From Patescibacteria group bacterium (GTDB taxonomy: Bacteria > Patescibacteriota > Patescibacteriia > UBA9934): 64,000 bases of DNA. Shown here one piece after another: positions 30,146 to 40,120 of this stretch (positions are counted from its first letter, which is position 1; the number at the start of each line of letters is the position of its first letter). The stretch is from the NCBI GenBank assembly GCA_041666205.1, contig JBAYHI010000005.1, positions 20,386 to 84,385 on the forward strand. The letters are read 5' to 3'. The notes beneath the pieces are model-generated. The model was not told where the DNA came from and searched no databases. It saw only the letters and a program-made list of their open reading frames with translations. A program made the translations under genes and the position numbers.

Positions 30146-30403
30146 ATGTCCATCAGCAAAGTGTGGTTGCGGCTCGTCCGCCCCGTTCTCTGCATCCCTG
30201 CCGGCATCATCGCACTGTTCCTCTTCGGAGTGATGTTCACCCGTACGGTCGATGCCTTCACCGCGGCCGAGTCTTTCCTCGACCACTACTCGGTCTTGTT
30301 CGAATTCTGCGCCCCGACGCTCTTGTTCTTCGTCGCAGGAAGCACAGCTCTTTTCCTTGCATTCGAAAACAAACCAGACGCGTCGAAGAACGCGCCCTCG
30401 TGA
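30146..30403 (+). CDS. GC-rich small 2-TM protein (cassette 3)
   Basis: GGAGG-5-ATG (MSISKVWL...), two hydrophobic segments, hairpin at the stop. Confidence 0.65.
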   Translation: MSISKVWLRLVRPVLCIPAGIIALFLFGVMFTRTVDAFTAAESFLDHYSVLFEFCAPTLLFFVAGSTALFLAFENKPDASKNAPS

Positions 30404-30440
30404 CCCCGCTCCGCGCTCGCGTGGCGGGGTCAACGCATAT

Positions 30441-30489
30441 AAAAATCCGCCCTCTGAAGCTCACATTGAGCGCAGGAGGGCGGATTTTA
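30441..30489 (-). terminator. Terminator of aspS
   Basis: AAAATCCGCCCTC...GAGGGCGGATTTT inverted repeat. Confidence 0.75.
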
Positions 30490-30491
30490 TT

Positions 30492-31886
30492 TTATTTTTC
30501 CAATTTGATATGTGCCTCTCGGAGTGCCGTATCTGGCAGTGGACTTGGAGCACCCATCATGTGGTCGCGCGCAACGCCATCTTTTGCAAATGGAATCACC
30601 TCGCGGATATTTGGCTCGTTTTGCAAGAGCGCAATCAAACGATCCATGCCGAGCGCCAATCCCCCGTGTGGAGGCGCACCAAATTCAAATGCACGAAGCA
30701 TGTGGCCAAATTGTTGTTCAATCATCTCCGGGCTCGTTTCCATAATCTCGAGGACTGCTCGAAGCGCTTCTGGCTTATGGTTTCGAATGCTTCCACCACC
30801 GATTTCAAATCCATTAAGAACAATATCGTATTGTGCAGCCTGGATTGACCCGACATCTTCTTTCTTCATGAGCTTATCCATATCAGCTGGCTTTGGAGCC
30901 GAGAATGGATTATGTGTGAAGGTCCAACGGCTCCCATCTTTTTCAAACATCGGGAAATCCACAACCCAAAGGAACGCTAATTCGTTTGGATCTTCTTTAT
31001 TGACGCGCAAATCTGGTTTGTCAGAGCCATATTTTTCCATCACCTCTTTATACGTGAGGCGTGGGAATGGCTTATTCTGAATATGCTTTTCCGGGTAGAG
31101 TTTTTCAACAATCTCGATAAGCAACGCCTCAACCGTTGAAATGACATCTTCTTCCTCAACAAAACTCATTTCCAAATCGAGTTGGGTAAATTCCGGCTGA
31201 CGGTCGCCACGCTGATCTTCATCGCGGAAGCAACGCGCAACTTGGAAGTAACGCTCAATCCCCGCAACCATAAGAAGTTGCTTGAATTGCTGTGGCGCTT
31301 GTGGAAGCACGTAAAATTGCCCTTCATGCAAACGCGATGGAATAATAAATTCGCGCGCACCTTCTGGAGTGCCCTTGGTAAGAATTGGAGTTTCTACTTC
31401 ACAAAAACTCTTTGATAAAAGATGTGTTCGCATGCTTTGCAAAACCGCATTGCGCATCCACACGTTTTTTGCCATGCGCTCGCTTCGCAAGTCGAGGTAA
31501 CGATATTTCAATCGCGTTTCCTCGTTGATAGGCATGGTGTCTTTATCGAGTTCAAATGGCGGTGTTTTTGCTTCGTTGTGAACCAAAATTTTCTTGGCCA
31601 AAAGTTCAACCGTGCCTGTGGCAAGCTTCTCATTGATTTGCTTGGCACTTCGGGCCTGTACAACCCCTTCAATTTCCACCACCCATTCCGGACGAATGGA
31701 TTGCGCAATTGCCGTCATTTCCTCGCCCAATTCGGCTGGAACACAAACGATTTGAAGCAAGGCGTCCTTATCGCGAAGATCAAAAAAGATGACTTTTCCC
31801 ATATCGCGACGGGCATGAATCCAGCCAGCCACGGTGACGGTTTCGCCAACCAAAGGGACAGTTTCGGTCGTAAAAATTCGTTTCAT
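30492..31886 (-). CDS. aspS: Aspartyl-tRNA synthetase, short (no GAD insert)
   Basis: RYLDLR, TPEGARE, CFRDEDQRGDRQPEFTQLDLE, GGGSIR, PPHGG. Confidence 0.96.
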   Translation of the reverse strand: MKRIFTTETVPLVGETVTVAGWIHARRDMGKVIFFDLRDKDALLQIVCVPAELGEEMTAIAQSIRPEWVVEIEGVVQARSAKQINEKLATGTVELLAKKILVHNEAKTPPFELDKDTMPINEETRLKYRYLDLRSERMAKNVWMRNAVLQSMRTHLLSKSFCEVETPILTKGTPEGAREFIIPSRLHEGQFYVLPQAPQQFKQLLMVAGIERYFQVARCFRDEDQRGDRQPEFTQLDLEMSFVEEEDVISTVEALLIEIVEKLYPEKHIQNKPFPRLTYKEVMEKYGSDKPDLRVNKEDPNELAFLWVVDFPMFEKDGSRWTFTHNPFSAPKPADMDKLMKKEDVGSIQAAQYDIVLNGFEIGGGSIRNHKPEALRAVLEIMETSPEMIEQQFGHMLRAFEFGAPPHGGLALGMDRLIALLQNEPNIREVIPFAKDGVARDHMMGAPSPLPDTALREAHIKLEK

Positions 31887-31907
31887 AATTGTCATTATGG
31901 ACTTAGT

Positions 31908-32717
31908 CTACAAGGATTTGTTGCGAGAATCAAGCCATTCACTTGCCAAGAGTCCTTTCCAGAATGGCGTATCAATATAGGTGGGAATGTGGTGGAGCAC
32001 AAGATCGTGAATCATCAAGGACGATTCCTGCACAGTTTCCTTATCGCCACGATATTCCAAAATTTCTTGCCAAGACGCACGTTTCAGGAATCGCAAAAAC
32101 TCCAACGTTTCCCTACGAATCTCACGTGCAGCAAACCAATCTTGCGAATCGCTTGATTCACAATCCCCACACACCAACCCACCTCGAGCGCTATGCCAGC
32201 GATATCGCCTATCCCCAACATCTTTGCGACACGATAAACACGTGTCTAGCTCAACCTCGTATCCTAAACGCGAAAGTAATCGAAGCACAAACCCGGCCAA
32301 AAGCATGGTGCTTTGTGCAGATGTAAGTGGGGTGTCGTCATTCAGAAATGCCAACCAATCAATGAAAAATTGATACAGCGCCGGGTCATCTAGTCCTTCA
32401 CGCGTATACAGATCCAAAAGAATTCCCGAGGTTGAGGCAAGAATACGGCGCTCCAATTGATGATCAAGAGCAGAGAAGACATGTTTGCGCTCAACCGATA
32501 TCACGGTTGTTGACCGCCTGCCTCGCACAATTTCCAAATCCACCACGGCAAACGGTTCCAAGTGTGGAGCAAGTTTTGCCAAGACTTTTTGCGCGCCTCG
32601 GCCGGTAAATTCGATCTTACCAAAAACGGGCGTCAATGCCCGGTACCAGCGATCCGCTTCACGCATGGGGTGAAGCGCAATCACAATTGCTTCTGTTTTT
32701 TGCGTAGACCAACTCAC
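31908..32717 (-). CDS. recO: DNA repair protein RecO
   Basis: READR OB-fold, C4 zinc site CLSC...GGLVCGDC. Confidence 0.88.
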   Translation of the reverse strand: MSWSTQKTEAIVIALHPMREADRWYRALTPVFGKIEFTGRGAQKVLAKLAPHLEPFAVVDLEIVRGRRSTTVISVERKHVFSALDHQLERRILASTSGILLDLYTREGLDDPALYQFFIDWLAFLNDDTPLTSAQSTMLLAGFVLRLLSRLGYEVELDTCLSCRKDVGDRRYRWHSARGGLVCGDCESSDSQDWFAAREIRRETLEFLRFLKRASWQEILEYRGDKETVQESSLMIHDLVLHHIPTYIDTPFWKGLLASEWLDSRNKSL

Positions 32718-32720
32718 AGT

Positions 32721-33104
32721 CTACATCTCGCTAAAATACGATTGCAAAATAAGCATTGCGGCAAGCGCATCTTCGGGAGCGTCCGCGCCATATTCATGTT
32801 GCAGACGTCGACTTTCTGCTGACGTATAGCGCTCATCGCAGGTGCGAACGTCGTATCCAGATTTTTTCAATTCGTCGATAAACGCTTCGGTGAGTTTTTG
32901 CTGTTTTTCCCCGTGAAACTCCCCTGCCGAGAGTGGCAACCCCACAACCAAAACATCGACGCCATCGTCTTTCACAATCGACGCAATCTTTTTTTCCGCG
33001 CCTTCACGAGGAATCACCTCAAGCGGACTTGCGATTTTCGTTTCATCATCGCCAAGGGAAAGTCCAATTTTTTTGAGTCCAAAATCAACTCCTAAATATC
33101 GCAT
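32721..33104 (-). CDS. ruvX: YqgF/RuvX pre-16S rRNA nuclease
   Basis: GVDFGLKKIG, VGLP, DERYTS, DALAA. Confidence 0.93.
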   Translation of the reverse strand: MRYLGVDFGLKKIGLSLGDDETKIASPLEVIPREGAEKKIASIVKDDGVDVLVVGLPLSAGEFHGEKQQKLTEAFIDELKKSGYDVRTCDERYTSAESRRLQHEYGADAPEDALAAMLILQSYFSEM

Positions 33105-33105
33105 A

Positions 33106-33558
33106 TTATTCTACGGCTTCAGGAATCGCCACAAACGACGGTCGAATGACTTCCCCATTAACCATTACGGGCAAGTCCTCTTCCATCACAAACTGCTGAT
33201 CGCCGTTATCCGCATGAAGGAGGGCGACATATTTGTAGCCTGAAGACATGGGCGTATCCAAAGAGATGATGACATTTTGGTGCTCGCCTGTTTCCAAATA
33301 CCCCGATGTCCCAATCACCGCTGCGGGAGCATCCGACATGGTTTCGTGAATTGTCACAAATCCAGGCGCCACGAGCGTGGTGGAAAACGTTACCAAATCC
33401 GTTTGATTTTGATCCACAATTGTGATCGATCCCCCGCCAACATCCACCGGATGATATGCAAGCTCATCGTCTGCTACAGGCGCAAACTGAAAAAAACAAT
33501 ATAAGCCCCCTAAAACGAGGAGCATGACCGCAATCCAAATCAAATCAATTTTTCTCAT
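33106..33558 (-). CDS. Membrane-anchored hypothetical protein (beta-rich ectodomain)
   Basis: N-terminal TM; GFVTIH...IGTS...LHADNGD..F. Confidence 0.75.
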   Translation of the reverse strand: MRKIDLIWIAVMLLVLGGLYCFFQFAPVADDELAYHPVDVGGGSITIVDQNQTDLVTFSTTLVAPGFVTIHETMSDAPAAVIGTSGYLETGEHQNVIISLDTPMSSGYKYVALLHADNGDQQFVMEEDLPVMVNGEVIRPSFVAIPEAVE

Positions 33559-34340
33559 AATGCGAGTTTTGGTTCTGGAGTTAAGATTTCAAACCCGTCA
33601 TCGGTCACTGCGACCGTCACTTCAAAATGTGCAGCATCTGACCCATCGGCGGTTTCAATGGTCCATCCATCTTCCCCAGTTGCAATATCATCGCCTCCGG
33701 TTGTGAGCATGGGTTCAATTGCCAGGCACATTCCTTTTTGCATGAGGAGTTTTGGCGTGCGACGTGTACGATAATTTGGAATATTGGGTTCTTCGTGAAC
33801 CCCATGCCCAACGCCGTGACCAACCAATGCGCGGACAATCCCGAATGTATTGGTATCAACCGAATCTTCTACCGCAGCACCGATATCGGTAATGGCATTG
33901 CCCGGACGCACAGCCTCAAGCCCCGCAAACATCGACTCGCGCGTCGCGCGCACAAGCGCCAAACGTTCTTTTGTAACCGAGCCAATGGGCTTCGTAGCAG
34001 CCATATCGGTTGCCAAGCCTTTGTACCAACACCCGATGTCGAATCCAACAATATCGCCTTCTTGAAGCAAGATATCGCGCGTGCCAATGCCGTGCACGAT
34101 TTCTTGATTGCGTGAAATGCAAAGCGTTGCAGGATAGGGCGTGCTATCGCCCCCATCGTGATACCCACGAAATGACGGCGTGCCTCCACCCTCTTCAATA
34201 ATGCGCGTAGCAAGTTCGTCGAGCGTGCGCATGCTGACTCCCGGTTTTGCCGCGTCGAGCGCCGCTTGAAGTGCACGCGACAACAAGGCCCCACCTTGGC
34301 GCATGATTTCAATTTCGGCATCGGTCTTGATAAGTGCCAT
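33555..34340 (-). CDS. map: Methionine aminopeptidase type I
   Basis: VHGI, DIG..TD, GHGVG..HEEP, AIEPM, HFE. Confidence 0.96.
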   Translation of the reverse strand: MALIKTDAEIEIMRQGGALLSRALQAALDAAKPGVSMRTLDELATRIIEEGGGTPSFRGYHDGGDSTPYPATLCISRNQEIVHGIGTRDILLQEGDIVGFDIGCWYKGLATDMAATKPIGSVTKERLALVRATRESMFAGLEAVRPGNAITDIGAAVEDSVDTNTFGIVRALVGHGVGHGVHEEPNIPNYRTRRTPKLLMQKGMCLAIEPMLTTGGDDIATGEDGWTIETADGSDAAHFEVTVAVTDDGFEILTPEPKLAL

Positions 34341-34341
34341 A

Positions 34342-34896
34342 TTAAATTTGAAGGGCGGCAGCAATACGCTGTTCTACCTCATCCATCGTGCCCATCCCAT
34401 CAATGCGATGCACAATCCCGCGCTCTGCGTACTTTTCGATCATCGGCTTTGTGCTCGTTTCGTAAATGCTCAATCGTTTTTTGATAATTTCTTCCGAATC
34501 GTCCGCACGTGCTTCAATGGCAGCTCGTTTGAGAAGACGCGTCATGGATTCTTCGTATGGCACATCAATCACCACAATGGCGGTTGGCTGATCAAACGTA
34601 TCGTACGCGTCAAACTGGGATTGATTTCGAGGATACCCATCAAGAATATAGCCATTGCTCGCATCAGGCTGCTCCAAACGGCGCTTGAGTGTAGCGAGCG
34701 CCACCATATCGGAGACCAATTCCCCACGACCGGTAATAATGGCGTCGATTTCTTTTCCAAGCTCGGAACCCGTTGCAATTTCATCGCGAAGCAAAGCGCC
34801 CATCGAAAGCGCCGGTATTCCTAATTTTGCGCTCAAACGCGTGGCTTGAGTGCCTTTTCCGCTTCCCTGTGGACCAAGAATGAGTATTTTATGCAT
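34342..34896 (-). CDS. adk: Adenylate kinase (short LID)
   Basis: GPQGSGKGT, LDGYPR, RADD. Confidence 0.95.
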   Translation of the reverse strand: MHKILILGPQGSGKGTQATRLSAKLGIPALSMGALLRDEIATGSELGKEIDAIITGRGELVSDMVALATLKRRLEQPDASNGYILDGYPRNQSQFDAYDTFDQPTAIVVIDVPYEESMTRLLKRAAIEARADDSEEIIKKRLSIYETSTKPMIEKYAERGIVHRIDGMGTMDEVEQRIAAALQI

Positions 34897-34959
34897 AGAT
34901 TTTGTGTTTCGAGCGTACCGCGAAATTGTGTGTTTGGCAAGATAACCTCTCAAAATCAA

Positions 34960-34987
34960 ACACCGGCCCTTACGAGCCGGCGTTTTC
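34960..34987 (-). terminator. Terminator-like hairpin after secY
   Basis: Minus strand ACGCCGGCTC-GTAA-GGGCCGGTGTTT. Confidence 0.55.
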
Positions 34988-34996
34988 TATTAAATC

Positions 34997-36271
34997 TTAG
35001 GAAATCTCGTACTTGCGCATAGTCACCTGCGACTCGATTTGCTTCAACATATCAATCACAACCGATACCACGATGATGACAGAAGAACCACCAACAATAA
35101 GGTTTTGCGTGCCCGTCATTTGTTGAGCAATCATTGGTAAGATTGCAACCGTTGAAAGGAAAATGGCACCAAGGAGCAAGACACGATTCTTTACCCAATT
35201 GAGATACGTTGAGGTTTGAATACCTGGACGAATGCCAGGAATAAAGCCACCCTGTTTTTGCAAGTTCTCCGCAATGTTTTCCGGCTTGTAAATAACCGAT
35301 GCGTAGAAGAACGTGAATGCAAACACCAAGATGAAATAGGCAGCCGCGTAGAACAACTGATTATTGAAAAGCTGAATAGTGAATGTGGCTGCCTGTTGCA
35401 ACAATTCTGTTCGTGCATTTTGGAAGTATTGTGCAATGAGTGGTGGGAATACAATAATGGCAACCGCAAAGATGATTGGAATCATGCCACCCATGTTCAA
35501 GCGCATTGGGAGAGAGGATGTCACCTTCTGGCCTGCTCCACCTCGCACGCCTCGTGCATATTGCACGGGAATATTGCGCTGTGCTTCGTTCATAATCACA
35601 ACCGCAACCACGGTGACGAGTGCCAAGATCACGAAAATGATCATATTAAGAAGAGCATCTGGCGTATAGGTTGCCACGGCATTTTGGACAAACTGAGGGA
35701 GCCCAGCAATCACACCTGCCAAAATAATGACCGATGTTCCATTCCCCACATGTCGTTCCGAAATAAGCTCCCCAAGCCACAATAGGAATACCGTTCCCGC
35801 CGTCATGGCCGTGAGCGCAATAAACATCGTGAGTGGAGACAAATCAAACGATCCAGCAAGACCCAATCCCTTTTGCGCGAAAATGGCAATAATGCCGTAT
35901 CCTTGCAAGTAAGAAAGTGGAATGGTTGCGAGTCGTGTCCAGCGATTGATTTTTTGTCGTCCTTGCTCTTCTTTTTGCATCTCTTCGATTTGTGGGAAGA
36001 TCATGCCAAGAAGCTGGAAAATAATGGAAGACGTGATGTATGGCCCAAGCCCCATGGCAACAATCGAGAAATTCTCCAAGCTACTTCCGGAGAACATATT
36101 CAAGAGTCCCAAGAATTGATTGGAGTTCAACAAATCGCCAATACCGGATGGATCAATGCCCGGAACCGTAATGTGGGCCGCGATACGAAAAATTGTAATG
36201 CTAAGAAGAATCAAGAGTAAGCTTTCACGCAACTCTTTAATCTTCCAGATGCGTCGCAGGTATTCCCACAT
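34997..36271 (-). CDS. secY: Preprotein translocase SecY
   Basis: GPYITSSII, GNGTS, GMIPIIFA, FIPGIRPG. Confidence 0.97.
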   Translation of the reverse strand: MWEYLRRIWKIKELRESLLLILLSITIFRIAAHITVPGIDPSGIGDLLNSNQFLGLLNMFSGSSLENFSIVAMGLGPYITSSIIFQLLGMIFPQIEEMQKEEQGRQKINRWTRLATIPLSYLQGYGIIAIFAQKGLGLAGSFDLSPLTMFIALTAMTAGTVFLLWLGELISERHVGNGTSVIILAGVIAGLPQFVQNAVATYTPDALLNMIIFVILALVTVVAVVIMNEAQRNIPVQYARGVRGGAGQKVTSSLPMRLNMGGMIPIIFAVAIIVFPPLIAQYFQNARTELLQQAATFTIQLFNNQLFYAAAYFILVFAFTFFYASVIYKPENIAENLQKQGGFIPGIRPGIQTSTYLNWVKNRVLLLGAIFLSTVAILPMIAQQMTGTQNLIVGGSSVIIVVSVVIDMLKQIESQVTMRKYEIS

Positions 36272-36283
36272 AGGAAAAAATTG

Positions 36284-36724
36284 TTAAGCGATCACGTTGC
36301 CACCGGCCTTGCTGATTTTTTCAGCGGCGGTTTTTGAAATAAGACATCCCTGAACAACAAGATTAATCGTAAGTTCCCCGTCTCCCAAAATTTTTACTCC
36401 GTGTGCAATCGATTCAACTGCGCCTTTTTCAAGCAGTGTTTTTGGATTTACGGTATTTCCGGCTTTGAAGTGTTTTTGAAGATCAGAAACATTGACCGTT
36501 GCTGGTTTTGCTCGCAACGATTTGAATCCGCGTACCTTTGGTGTTGCCAAAAGCATTTTGCGCATGCCCAAACGCTTGAGTCCGCCAACGCCAGAACGAG
36601 ATTTCTGACCTTTTTGTCCGCGACCAGCGGTTGTGCCTTTGCCGGATCCATGTCCACGGCCAACGCGCATTTTCTTTTTTGCGCGACCTTTGGACGCTGT
36701 AAGTTCATTGAGAGAAATTGTCAT
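36284..36724 (-). CDS. rplO: 50S protein uL15
   Basis: RVGRGHGSGKGTTAGRGQKGQKSR. Confidence 0.96.
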   Translation of the reverse strand: MTISLNELTASKGRAKKKMRVGRGHGSGKGTTAGRGQKGQKSRSGVGGLKRLGMRKMLLATPKVRGFKSLRAKPATVNVSDLQKHFKAGNTVNPKTLLEKGAVESIAHGVKILGDGELTINLVVQGCLISKTAAEKISKAGGNVIA

Positions 36725-36733
36725 ACAAGAATA

Positions 36734-37378
36734 TTAGGCGACGGTTTCTTCCGCAACCGCAACAGATGCTTTTGCAATGGCCTTTGGAGCAGCGATGCGA
36801 GGTTTCAAAGACTTGAGGGCCAAAAAGGTTGCGCGCGCATTGTTGATTTTATTGTTTGATCCTTTGATCTTTGAGACCGCATTTGGCACCCCCGCCAATT
36901 CTAGCACGGTGCGTACCGCACCTCCACATTTGAGTCCAGTACCCAGTGGTGCTGGTTTCAAAATAATTTCTGCGGCACCAAATTTTGATGCAATATTGTG
37001 TGGGATGGTTTCTTTGGCAATTGGTACAACGATCAAATGCTTTTTCGCCTGACGGAAGGCTTTTTCAACAGCTGCCGCAACGTCTCCCCCCTTGGCAATC
37101 CCCATTCCAACCTGACCTTTGCGATCGCCAATGATAAGACAGGCACGAAAACGCATGCGTTTTCCACCTTTGGTAACGCGTGTTACGCGAGCCAAATCAA
37201 GAATCTTTTGCTCAAATTCACGAGGTTCACGCTTTTCGCCTCCACGACGATTATCACGTCGGCGATTGTCGCCACCGCGATTTCCCCCGCGATCTTGGCC
37301 TGCGCGATCTCCGTTTCGTCCGCCGCGGTCAGATCCTGGGCGTTTTGCTGGAGTGAATGTTGGTTTGATATCCGTCAT
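36734..37378 (-). CDS. rpsE: 30S protein uS5 with RGG-rich N-extension
   Basis: RVTRVTKGGKR, PAPLGTG. Confidence 0.96.
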   Translation of the reverse strand: MTDIKPTFTPAKRPGSDRGGRNGDRAGQDRGGNRGGDNRRRDNRRGGEKREPREFEQKILDLARVTRVTKGGKRMRFRACLIIGDRKGQVGMGIAKGGDVAAAVEKAFRQAKKHLIVVPIAKETIPHNIASKFGAAEIILKPAPLGTGLKCGGAVRTVLELAGVPNAVSKIKGSNNKINNARATFLALKSLKPRIAAPKAIAKASVAVAEETVA

Positions 37379-37380
37379 AC

Positions 37381-37737
37381 TTAGAATTGAAGACCAGATG
37401 CACGCGCGCCTTCGGCGAGCGCTTTTACTGCACCGGCATATTGATAAGAGCCTCGATCAAAGACAACGGCGTTGACGCCGGCTGCAATGGCGCGCTTCCC
37501 GAGTTCTTCTCCGATTTGACGTGCGATCTCAACAGGTTTGCCTTTGAGTTTCAATTGCATGTCAGATGCGGAGACGATGGTCTTGCCGGTTTCATCGTTA
37601 ATGAGTTGAGCTGAAATATGGCGAACCGAGCGGAAAACAGAAAGACGTGGGCGCAGAGATGTGCCTTCAATCTTGGCGCGCGTGCGATTTGCACGTCGGG
37701 TCATTTTGGCTCGTTTTTCTTTCATGGCGTCTTTCAT
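37381..37737 (-). CDS. rplR: 50S protein uL18
   Basis: RPRLSVFRS, VFDRGSY. Confidence 0.96.
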   Translation of the reverse strand: MKDAMKEKRAKMTRRANRTRAKIEGTSLRPRLSVFRSVRHISAQLINDETGKTIVSASDMQLKLKGKPVEIARQIGEELGKRAIAAGVNAVVFDRGSYQYAGAVKALAEGARASGLQF

Positions 37738-37738
37738 A

Positions 37739-38290
37739 CTATTCGCTCTTAGCCGCTTTTCCTACCTTGCGGCGAATCACCTCATCGGTGTATTTAAATC
37801 CTTTGCCTTTATATGGCTCTGGTTTCTTGAGACTACGAATTTCCGCAGCTACATAGCCAACGGTCTCGCGATTCATCCCAGTGATTTTCATGACATTCCC
37901 CTCAATGGTCACCGTAATTCCTTCTGGAACTGGATACAAAATATCATGAGAAAACCCAAGGTTCAATTTGATATTTTTCCCAGCAAGTGCCATGCGGTAA
38001 CCAACTCCATTGAGTTCAAGGGATTTTTGCCATCCTTCGTTCACCCCAATCACCATATTGGCAAGGTGTGCACGCGTGGTTCCCCAAATCACGGAATCCA
38101 TGATTGGATCCGCTGCGGTTACTTTAAGCACGCGGCTCCCGTCTTCTTGCGTCACTTCTTCAGCTGAAATTACCGCTGGCAACGTACGCACAAGCGATCC
38201 TTTTGGTCCCTTCACCGTGATCTCTTTTCCATCCAAGGAAATCGAGACCGCGCTTGGGAGTGTAATCAATTTTTTTCCAATGCGTGACAT
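37739..38290 (-). CDS. rplF: 50S protein uL6
   Basis: MSRIGK, PEPYKGKG. Confidence 0.96.
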   Translation of the reverse strand: MSRIGKKLITLPSAVSISLDGKEITVKGPKGSLVRTLPAVISAEEVTQEDGSRVLKVTAADPIMDSVIWGTTRAHLANMVIGVNEGWQKSLELNGVGYRMALAGKNIKLNLGFSHDILYPVPEGITVTIEGNVMKITGMNRETVGYVAAEIRSLKKPEPYKGKGFKYTDEVIRRKVGKAAKSE

Positions 38291-38294
38291 ATGC

Positions 38295-38690
38295 TTAGAA
38301 TACTTCGCAAATAATCTCTCCACCCAAACGCTGTTTTTTCGCGTCCACATTTGTCATGAGTCCGTTTGGTGTTGAAAGAATCGCTCGGCCCATGCCATAG
38401 CAGACTTGATAAATCTCGTCTGACTTCACATAGACGCGACGACTTGGTTTGGAAACACGTTTAATTCCGCGAATGATGGACGCACGCTTTTCATCGTACT
38501 TCAAATGAATGCGCATCATCGGACGATCGCCCTCTTGATATTGTTCAACTCGTCCTACAAATCCCTCTTGTTCGAGGATTTTTGCAATCCCATATTTCAT
38601 CTTCGACAGAGGAATAATAACCTCATGTCCATGAACCATGGATGCATTGCGAATGCGGGAGAGCATGTCTGAAATTGGATCTGTCATCAT
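38295..38690 (-). CDS. rpsH: 30S protein uS8
   Basis: DPISDMLSRIRN, SKPSRRVY, GGE. Confidence 0.96.
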   Translation of the reverse strand: MMTDPISDMLSRIRNASMVHGHEVIIPLSKMKYGIAKILEQEGFVGRVEQYQEGDRPMMRIHLKYDEKRASIIRGIKRVSKPSRRVYVKSDEIYQVCYGMGRAILSTPNGLMTNVDAKKQRLGGEIICEVF

Positions 38691-38691
38691 A

Positions 38692-38877
38692 CTACCAACT
38701 TGCTTTTTTAATACCCGGAATAAGTCCTTTATTCGCGAGTTCACGGAAACAAATACGGCACAAGCCGAAATCACGCATATACGCGCGCTGACGCCCGCAT
38801 TTCCAGCAGCGATTCACGCGACGCGTCATATACTTTTGCGTCTTTTTGGTCTTTGCAATTTGATTTTCTGTAGCCAT
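38692..38877 (-). CDS. rpsN: 30S protein uS14, zinc-binding (C+) type
   Basis: RCWKCGR...[10 protein letters not shown]. Confidence 0.95.
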   Translation of the reverse strand: MATENQIAKTKKTQKYMTRRVNRCWKCGRQRAYMRDFGLCRICFRELANKGLIPGIKKASW

Positions 38878-38879
38878 AC

Positions 38880-39416
38880 TTATTTCTTAAATGGAAATCC
38901 CAGCGCCTGGAACAAAGCCATTCCTTCTTTCTGATTTGTTGCTGTCGTGGTAATCGTGACCTGCAATCCATGCAATGCCTCGATTTCGTCGGAAGAAATT
39001 TCTGGAAACGCGGTGTGTTCTTTGAATCCTACATTGAAATTTCCATAGGAATCCACCGTGGTTGTCGTAATACCTCGGAAGTCACGAATACGTGGAAATG
39101 TGACATTCACGAGTTTCTCAATGAAGTCCCATGCACGCTCGCCTCGCAAGGTGACCATGGCACCAACCACCATATTCTCACGGACTTTGAATCCAGCGAT
39201 GGATTTTCGTGCACGCGTAAGAACCGGCTTCTGGCCCGTGATACGGCGGAGCGTGTTTTCAATCACTTCCATGGCTTTTGGATCTTTCTTGCTGCTCAAA
39301 CGCGCATTGATCGTCACCTTCTTCACGCGTGGCACTTCCAAATCATTGGAAAGACCAAGCGAAGCTTTGAGCGCCGCACGGATTTCTTTATTGTATTTTT
39401 CTTTCAACGTATTCAT
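38880..39416 (-). CDS. rplE: 50S protein uL5
   Basis: [19 protein letters not shown]. Confidence 0.96.
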   Translation of the reverse strand: MNTLKEKYNKEIRAALKASLGLSNDLEVPRVKKVTINARLSSKKDPKAMEVIENTLRRITGQKPVLTRARKSIAGFKVRENMVVGAMVTLRGERAWDFIEKLVNVTFPRIRDFRGITTTTVDSYGNFNVGFKEHTAFPEISSDEIEALHGLQVTITTTATNQKEGMALFQALGFPFKK

Positions 39417-39425
39417 ACAGTGAAA

Positions 39426-39743
39426 TTAAGCAAGATCCTCAATGCCGCGTTTTGATTTGAGCACGCGAACTTTTGTCTTTTTTCCGGCAGCTTCGATCGT
39501 TTTATACCCCACGCGACCGTTTCCTTGTTTTCCAACAACGGAAACATTCGATACGTGAATTGGCGCATTGAATTCCACACGCTGACCAGGTTGAGTGCCA
39601 CGCTTGCGCAAATGCTTTGTGGATTTATTCACCCCTTCAACAACAACCGTGCCCAACTCTGGGAATACCTGAACAACCTTCCCGGTTTTGCCGCGATCTT
39701 TTCCTGTGAGGACTCGAACCATGTCTCCGCTTTTGATTTTCAT
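39426..39743 (-). CDS. rplX: 50S protein uL24
   Basis: KOW motif GDMVRVLTGKDRGK, PIHVSNV. Confidence 0.96.
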   Translation of the reverse strand: MKIKSGDMVRVLTGKDRGKTGKVVQVFPELGTVVVEGVNKSTKHLRKRGTQPGQRVEFNAPIHVSNVSVVGKQGNGRVGYKTIEAAGKKTKVRVLKSKRGIEDLA

Positions 39744-39747
39744 ATGA

Positions 39748-40119
39748 TTAGAGTACTTCTGGGGCCAAGGAAATAATTTTTGTGAACCCCTCGGCACGCA
39801 ATTCTCGGGCAACCGGCCCAAAGATACGTGTGCCTTTTGGTTCTTTTGAATCCTTATCGATAATCACAGCCGCGTTTTCATCGAAACGAATGTAGGAGCC
39901 GTTTGCGCGACGTGTTTCTTTTTTGGTGCGGACAATGACCGCATGCACCACATCGCTCTTTTTGACTGCACAATGTGGCGTTGCTTCTTTCACAACTGCG
40001 GTAATAACGTCCCCAATGCGTCCATAATGTTTTTGAAACCCACCGTGTAAGCGAACAAGCTGAAGCTTTTTGGCTCCGGTATTATCCGCGACGGCAAGCA
40101 TGGATCGATGTTGCAACAT
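39748..40119 (-). CDS. rplN: 50S protein uL14
   Basis: [22 protein letters not shown]. Confidence 0.97.
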   Translation of the reverse strand: MLQHRSMLAVADNTGAKKLQLVRLHGGFQKHYGRIGDVITAVVKEATPHCAVKKSDVVHAVIVRTKKETRRANGSYIRFDENAAVIIDKDSKEPKGTRIFGPVARELRAEGFTKIISLAPEVL

Positions 40120-40120
40120 A

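Noticed and set aside
29354-31080. Long ORFs 29354-30433 (-) and 29956-31080 (+)
   Set aside because: Stop-poor frames caused by high GC; they cross repeats, promoters and aspS, whereas the short + ORFs have promoters, SD sites and TM character.
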